From: Candidatus Eiseniibacteriota bacterium
GTDB lineage: Bacteria; Eisenbacteria; RBG-16-71-46; CAIMUX01; VGJL01
Direction of reading: 5' to 3'
Assembly: GCA_963792585.1 (NCBI GenBank)
Contig: CAWBWI010000006.1
Location: 896,001-960,000 of the forward strand
DNA length: 64,000 bases
Both the position numbers and the translations under genes were made by a program. The notes beneath the pieces were generated by a model. That model did no database searches and was not told the origin of the DNA. It saw only the letters and a program-made list of their open reading frames with translations. Shown piece after piece: positions 58,845-64,000 of the stretch (the first letter of the stretch is position 1; each line of letters opens with the position of its first letter).

Positions 58845-60173
58845 ATGGGACGCAGCGTTTTCGTATCTCGGCCGCGCAAGGGAGATCACATCAAGCGCGT
58901 GGGCATCGTCTTCGCAGGCGGGCCGGCTCCGGCCGCGAACGCGGTCATCAGTTCGGCCGCGGTCAGCTTCCTCGATGACGGCCGCGAAGTCGTCGGTTTC
59001 ATGCACGGCTACGAGAATCTGCAGCAGTACCACCCGGTCAACTACCCGCTGATCCCGGACGAGCACTACCGGCAGTTCACCCACAAGGACGTCACCGGGA
59101 ACCGGAACTCCCAGGGAATTCTGATCGGCACCTCGCGCGCGAATCCCGGCAAGGGAATCCAGAGCCCCGCCGACCTCGAGAATCCCGAGAAGACCCTCAA
59201 ACTGCGCAACGTCTACTCCGCCTTCATCGAGATGGGGATCGACGCGCTGATCTCGATCGGCGGCGACGACACGTTGAAGACCGCGAACTTCCTTCACGAG
59301 TACCAGAAGCGACTCCCCGAAGGGGAGAAGCGGATCGCGATCGTGCACCTCCCGAAGACGATCGACAACGACTACCAGGGAATCGATTTCACCTTCGGCT
59401 ACTTCACCGCGGTCGATTTCCTCGCCAAAGAGGTGAAGAACCTCCGCGCCGACGCCGAGGCGGGACGTGTCTACTACATCGCGGAGTGCATGGGGCGCAA
59501 AGCCGGGTGGCTCTCCTACGGCGTCGGGATTGCCGGGGAGGCGAACATGATCTTCTCGGTCGAGGACGTCGACGAGGAGATGACATTCGAGGATGTCGTC
59601 GTCGATCGGGAAAGCGGCGCCACGCGCAAGGAGCGCCGGCTGCGCGTCGAATCGCTCGTCGACCAGATCGTCAACATGATCCTGATCCGCGAGAAGCGGG
59701 ACAAGAAGTACTTCGGAACGATCGTGCTCGCCGAAGGTCTCGCCGAGCTGTTCCCCGAGAAGTACATTCGCGAGATCCCGAAGGACGAGCATGGCAACAT
59801 CTCGATCGGGCGGATCGACATCGGCAAGGAGATCGCCCGCCTGACGCAGGAGGAATACCGGCGCCGCACCGGCAAGGACAAGAAGGTGATCGGCCTGCAG
59901 ATCGGCTACGAGTCGCGCTGCGCCCTGCCCCACGCCTTCGACGTGATGCTCGGAAGCCAGCTCGGGATCGGCGCCTACCGCGCCCTCGTTGAGGAAAACC
60001 TCGGGGGGGTGATGGTCAGCACGAGCGGCCAGCTCGAGCTCGCCTTCGTCCCGTTCGACAAGCTCGTCAACCCGCAGACGATGAGGACCGAGATTCGCTT
60101 CATCCGGCCGGGGTCGGACTTCCACCTTCTCGCCCGATTCCTCGAGAGCCGGACGGAGGTCCAGGAAGACTAG
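58845..60173 (+). CDS. pfp: Phosphofructokinase, probably PPi-dependent
   Basis: GGPAP, GTSR, IGGDDT, PKTIDND, ECMGR and GYESR motifs; GGAGG SD. Confidence 0.8.
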   Translation: MGRSVFVSRPRKGDHIKRVGIVFAGGPAPAANAVISSAAVSFLDDGREVVGFMHGYENLQQYHPVNYPLIPDEHYRQFTHKDVTGNRNSQGILIGTSRANPGKGIQSPADLENPEKTLKLRNVYSAFIEMGIDALISIGGDDTLKTANFLHEYQKRLPEGEKRIAIVHLPKTIDNDYQGIDFTFGYFTAVDFLAKEVKNLRADAEAGRVYYIAECMGRKAGWLSYGVGIAGEANMIFSVEDVDEEMTFEDVVVDRESGATRKERRLRVESLVDQIVNMILIREKRDKKYFGTIVLAEGLAELFPEKYIREIPKDEHGNISIGRIDIGKEIARLTQEEYRRRTGKDKKVIGLQIGYESRCALPHAFDVMLGSQLGIGAYRALVEENLGGVMVSTSGQLELAFVPFDKLVNPQTMRTEIRFIRPGSDFHLLARFLESRTEVQED

Positions 60174-60194
60174 GGCCGGCCGCGAGGAGGCCCG

Positions 60195-60614
60195 TTGCGC
60201 CAGCATCAGGAGATTCTTACGGTGCGGGCCCCCCGCGCGGGTCTGCACCCGATCACCGACACAATCGAGACGGTCGTTCGCGCCTCCGGGATCGTGACGG
60301 GGCTCTGTCAGGTCTTCGTGCCGCACACCTCCGCCTCGCTCCTGATCCAGGAGAATGCCGACCCGTCCGCCCGCCGCGATCTCGAACGATGGTTCGACCG
60401 GATCGCCCCCGAGGACGATCCCCTCTACACGCACACCTCGGAAGGCGACGACGACATGCCGGCGCACCTGAAGACCGCGCTGACCAACGTCTCGGAGCTG
60501 ATCCCCGTCGCCGGAGGCCGTCTCGCGCTCGGAACATGGCAGGGGCTCTATCTGTTCGAGCACCGTCGCCGGGCGCCGGGACGGCGCCTGATCGTTCACG
60601 TTTGGGGGGAATAG
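60195..60614 (+). CDS. yjbQ: YjbQ/UPF0047 family protein
   Basis: HTSASLLIQENADP, DDMPAHLK and LGTWQGLYLFEHR motifs. Confidence 0.9.
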   Translation: MRQHQEILTVRAPRAGLHPITDTIETVVRASGIVTGLCQVFVPHTSASLLIQENADPSARRDLERWFDRIAPEDDPLYTHTSEGDDDMPAHLKTALTNVSELIPVAGGRLALGTWQGLYLFEHRRRAPGRRLIVHVWGE

Positions 60615-60616
60615 CC

Positions 60617-62056
60617 ATGGGCGCGCACGAAAGCTTCCACATGACTCCCGATGAGTTTCGCCGCCAGGGGCGCGCGGTCATCGACTGGATCGCCGACTAC
60701 TACGAGCGAATCGAGTCGTTCCCGGTCCAATCGCGGGTCGAACCCGGCCAGATCCGGGCGTCGCTCCCCGTCGAGCCTCCCGCCGCCGGGGAGGATTTCG
60801 GGAAGATCCTCGCCGACTTCGACAGGCTCATCCTGCCGGGAATCACGCACTGGCAGTCTCCGAACTTCTTCGCCTACTTCCCCGCCAACTCCTCCGCCCC
60901 CGCGGTCCTCGGCGAGCTCCTTTCCGCAGGGCTCGGCGTTCAGGGGATGCTCTGGGCGACCAGCCCCGCCTGCACGGAACTCGAGACGCACGTTCTCGAC
61001 TGGCTCGTCGGCATGCTCGGTCTGCCCGAGAAATTCCTCTCGACCGGCGCCGGGGGCGGCGTGATCCAGGACACGGCCTCGAGCGCGGCACTGTGCGCTC
61101 TCCTGACCGCGCGCGAGCGCGCGACCGGCTGGAGGAGCAATGCGCGCGGTTGCGACGGGAAGCTCACGGCCTACACGTCGACGCAGGCGCACTCATCGAT
61201 CGAGAAGGCCGCGATGATCGCGGGGATCGGGCGGGAAAATCTCCGGCTGATCGCCGTCGATGAGCGGTTCGCCATGCGACCCGACGACCTGCGCGCCCGG
61301 GTCGCGTCGGACCGCGCCGCGGGCCTCGTCCCCTTCTTTGCGGCCGCCACGGTCGGGACCACATCCTCGAATGCGATCGACCCCCTACCGGCGGTAGGGC
61401 GGATCTGTCGCGAGGCAGGAGTCTGGCTTCACGTCGATGCGGCGATGTCGGGAACGGCCGCCCTCTGCCCCGAGTTTCGATGGATCCAGGAAGGACTCGA
61501 ACTCGCCGACAGCTACAGCTTCAACCCGCACAAGTGGATGTTCACGAACTTCGACTGCGACTGCTTCTTCGTTGCGGACCGCAAGGCGCTGATCGAGACC
61601 CTGAGCATCCTGCCCGAGTATCTGCGCAACAAGGCGACCGAATCGGGGGCGGTGATCGATTACCGCGACTGGCACGTCCCCCTCGGCAGGCGGTTCCGTG
61701 CGCTGAAGCTCTGGTTCGTGATCCGCCACTACGGGGTCGAGGGGTTGCGCCACCACGTGCGGCGCCACGTCTCCCTCGCGCAGCAGTTCGCCACGTGGGT
61801 GCGGGAGGATCCCGACTTCGAACTCGCCGTCCCGGCGCCGCTGAACCTCGTCTGCTTCCGGCACCGCGCCGGGGAGAGGTTCAACGAGGAGCTGCTTCTT
61901 CGGTTGAACCACCGCGGCGAAGTCTACCTGACCCACACGCGGCTCAACGACGCCTACACGCTGCGGCTCAGCGTGGCGCAGACCCACACCGAGGAGCGCC
62001 ACGTCACCGGGGCTTGGGAAAAGATCCGCTCGATGGCCGCGGAGATCCGCGGGTAG
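60617..62056 (+). CDS. Aromatic-L-amino-acid decarboxylase-like group II PLP decarboxylase
   Basis: THWQSPNFFAYFP, SPACTELE, HVDAA, NPHKW and LGRRFRALKLW motifs. Confidence 0.9.
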   Translation: MGAHESFHMTPDEFRRQGRAVIDWIADYYERIESFPVQSRVEPGQIRASLPVEPPAAGEDFGKILADFDRLILPGITHWQSPNFFAYFPANSSAPAVLGELLSAGLGVQGMLWATSPACTELETHVLDWLVGMLGLPEKFLSTGAGGGVIQDTASSAALCALLTARERATGWRSNARGCDGKLTAYTSTQAHSSIEKAAMIAGIGRENLRLIAVDERFAMRPDDLRARVASDRAAGLVPFFAAATVGTTSSNAIDPLPAVGRICREAGVWLHVDAAMSGTAALCPEFRWIQEGLELADSYSFNPHKWMFTNFDCDCFFVADRKALIETLSILPEYLRNKATESGAVIDYRDWHVPLGRRFRALKLWFVIRHYGVEGLRHHVRRHVSLAQQFATWVREDPDFELAVPAPLNLVCFRHRAGERFNEELLLRLNHRGEVYLTHTRLNDAYTLRLSVAQTHTEERHVTGAWEKIRSMAAEIRG

Positions 62057-62076
62057 CGAGGCCCGCCGGATCGGCC

Positions 62077-63879
62077 CTACGGCGGGGCCTCCCGGCGCAG
62101 CAGCATCACCCACCCGAACTGGATGTCGGGACGCACCGGATCTTCCACGATGCCGACCTGCTGGTACCGATCGTGGAGCCACTCACCAAGTCGCACCCCG
62201 TAGTTGCCGCTGAAGTAGGCCCAGGCGAGCCCGTACTCGGGCGTGGGGCGATGCGCGAAGGCGAGGAAGTCCGGGGGCGCCTTCGCGAAGGCCTCCACGA
62301 TGGCGTCCTCGCCGTAGAGGATCATCTCGATCGGGATCGTCGAGTGGTAGGGGGTCGGGTTCGGCCGCCGCGTTAGATAGTTCAAGATAACGCCCTCGGG
62401 AACGACCGCCAGGGTCTGCTGCGGTCCGACATTCGCCTCGATCATCGCGATCGCCTCGTTGGCGACGATCCCTCGCGGGTCGGCAAGAAAAGCGTCGGCT
62501 CCCGTGCCCACGCGGACGTTCATCTTGCGCAGCGGTTTCGCGATGAGCGTCAAGTGAATCCCCACGGCCAGGACGAGGAATGTGATCGCGCTCGTCCGGG
62601 CGACCAGGCTCGAACCTCCTCGGCGCGTAACCCACGCCGGCGTCCAGTCGAGCAGGCCCACGATGACGACCATCATGGCCGGCATCCCGAGCGCCCATCC
62701 GTAGAGGAAGATGCGGGGATAGAGGCCCAGTTTCGCCAGCATGAGCAGGGCGTAGGCGAGCAGGGTCAATCCGGCGACCGCCCTTGCGCGATCCGACCCA
62801 GCCCGCCGCTTCTCTCGCGTGAGGAGCCAGGCGAGCGCCAGCAAGACCACGGGGAGCGGCCGGCCGAAGTTCATCCACTCGAGCTTTCGAAACAGCAGCG
62901 CCACCGCTACCGCGGGCAACGCCGCGCCAAGAGCGGCGAGGAGGCGATCCCGCCCTTTCCCACCGATGGATATCAGAGCGAATGGGACCAGGGCGACGAT
63001 CCAGCCGGCTGTCCACGCAAGGATCATCAGGATGCTGTATCCCGGGAAATCGAGCCCGGCCCACCCACGATAGAACTCGGTCTCGCTCCCGATCCCCCCC
63101 AGCACCGCCGGCCATGCTCCAAGCATGCCGTACAGCGCGGGACCGGCCGGCATCGCGGAGGCCAGCAGGGCGAAGGCCACCGCGATGGGCGCCAGCGCGG
63201 CCAGCAGGACGGGAAATCCAGCCCGCCTCCCCGGTCGATTTAGGCAGAACCAGATAAGCCCTGCGCCGGCCGTCGCGACGAATGTCTCCGGCTTCGTGAG
63301 GAAGAGAAGACCCAGCAGAACTCCCGCGCAGGCGGCCCTGCGGCGCGACAATCCGTCACGCGCGCCGATGAGGAGCGCAAGGAACCCGAATGCGAGAACG
63401 GCGCCGTGGGTCAGCTCGTGGGAGTAGGGACAGATGTTGTTGTAGTTGCCCGTCGCGCGCTGCGTGCCGATCCCGAAGATCAAGGCGAAGATGACGCAGC
63501 CCGCCGTCGCCGAGAATCGCGAGCCGGCGGCGCGGAGGATCCGGTAGAGCAGGAAGAGCGTTCCCCCCAGGAGGGCGATGTTCGCCAGAACGAGCGTCCG
63601 CATCCCCACGCCGAGGAGTCGAAAGAGGGCCGCGTTGAAGTAAGGCGACAGCGGGCCGTTCAGGTAGGCCAGATCCCGATAGAGGACCCTCCCCTCCGTG
63701 ATCTGCCAGGGGATGTAGAGTTCCCGCCCCCAGTCGATGAAGACGTCGGCCCACTTGCCCCAGGTCCAGACAAGCATGATCGCGCACGCGGCGGCGATGA
63801 GCGTCGCGTCGAACCAGGGGCCGGTGCGTTGCAGGCGGTCCTGCGCGTTCTGCGCCACGGTGCGATTGGAACCTCCCAA
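62077..63879 (-). CDS. Polytopic membrane protein, GT-C fold (ArnT/PMT-like) glycosyltransferase candidate
   Basis: DWGRELY, LYRDL..NGPLSPY and LTKPE motifs; many TM segments; start uncertain. Confidence 0.65.
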   Translation of the reverse strand: MGGSNRTVAQNAQDRLQRTGPWFDATLIAAACAIMLVWTWGKWADVFIDWGRELYIPWQITEGRVLYRDLAYLNGPLSPYFNAALFRLLGVGMRTLVLANIALLGGTLFLLYRILRAAGSRFSATAGCVIFALIFGIGTQRATGNYNNICPYSHELTHGAVLAFGFLALLIGARDGLSRRRAACAGVLLGLLFLTKPETFVATAGAGLIWFCLNRPGRRAGFPVLLAALAPIAVAFALLASAMPAGPALYGMLGAWPAVLGGIGSETEFYRGWAGLDFPGYSILMILAWTAGWIVALVPFALISIGGKGRDRLLAALGAALPAVAVALLFRKLEWMNFGRPLPVVLLALAWLLTREKRRAGSDRARAVAGLTLLAYALLMLAKLGLYPRIFLYGWALGMPAMMVVIVGLLDWTPAWVTRRGGSSLVARTSAITFLVLAVGIHLTLIAKPLRKMNVRVGTGADAFLADPRGIVANEAIAMIEANVGPQQTLAVVPEGVILNYLTRRPNPTPYHSTIPIEMILYGEDAIVEAFAKAPPDFLAFAHRPTPEYGLAWAYFSGNYGVRLGEWLHDRYQQVGIVEDPVRPDIQFGWVMLLRREAPP

Positions 63880-64000
63880 GGACCGTCGCGCAGTCTACAG
63901 GAGCGGGTGCCGGCTCTCCAGGAGCCTGTGACGTCAGACGGCCGTCGCGTCCCTCAAACCCGTCAGGCAACCGCCCCAGCGAGGATTCGGTCGGCCAGCG

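Noticed and set aside
58518..60599. Long antisense ORFs (693 aa here; similar ones at 52803-54536 and 23176-24498)
   Set aside because: Shadow frames of well-supported genes in GC-rich DNA, with no motifs.
1..64000. tRNA, tRNA-Sec or rRNA genes
   Set aside because: No cloverleaf or rRNA-like sequence was recognised by eye; a tRNAscan-SE or Infernal run would be needed to exclude them.

Overview
GC-rich bacterial window with about 50 genes. It comes from a diderm organism: it encodes TonB-dependent receptors, lipoproteins, six secreted proteins ending in a FlgD-Ig/T9SS-like C-terminal domain, and proteins ending in a TTWGxxKxxYR tail. By inference this profile fits FCB-related candidate phyla such as Eisenbacteria, Krumholzibacteria or Latescibacteria. 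The main hidden feature is a probable secreted selenoprotein at 2983-4989 (-). The ORF track truncates it: a signal peptide and Omp28/thioredoxin-type N-terminus run through an in-frame TGA that forms a UxxC motif and is followed by a SECIS-like hairpin. A cobalamin riboswitch sits upstream of a probable BtuB-like receptor at the left edge. Two sigma-54-type promoters precede a pilin and an LPxTA-tailed protein. A ~13 kb accessory island (32.6-46.0 kb) is bracketed by duplicated sequence: the 3' end of an SMR gene and the 3' half of a TWG-tail gene. The island carries two IS91-like transposase remnants, an ECF sigma / Ser-Thr kinase pair, and two 14-repeat beta-propeller proteins. Housekeeping and metabolic genes include panE, ychF, a thrC-like gene, a PPi-type phosphofructokinase, a pterin dehydratase, yjbQ and an aromatic amino acid decarboxylase. 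All calls come from reading motifs by eye; no searches were run.
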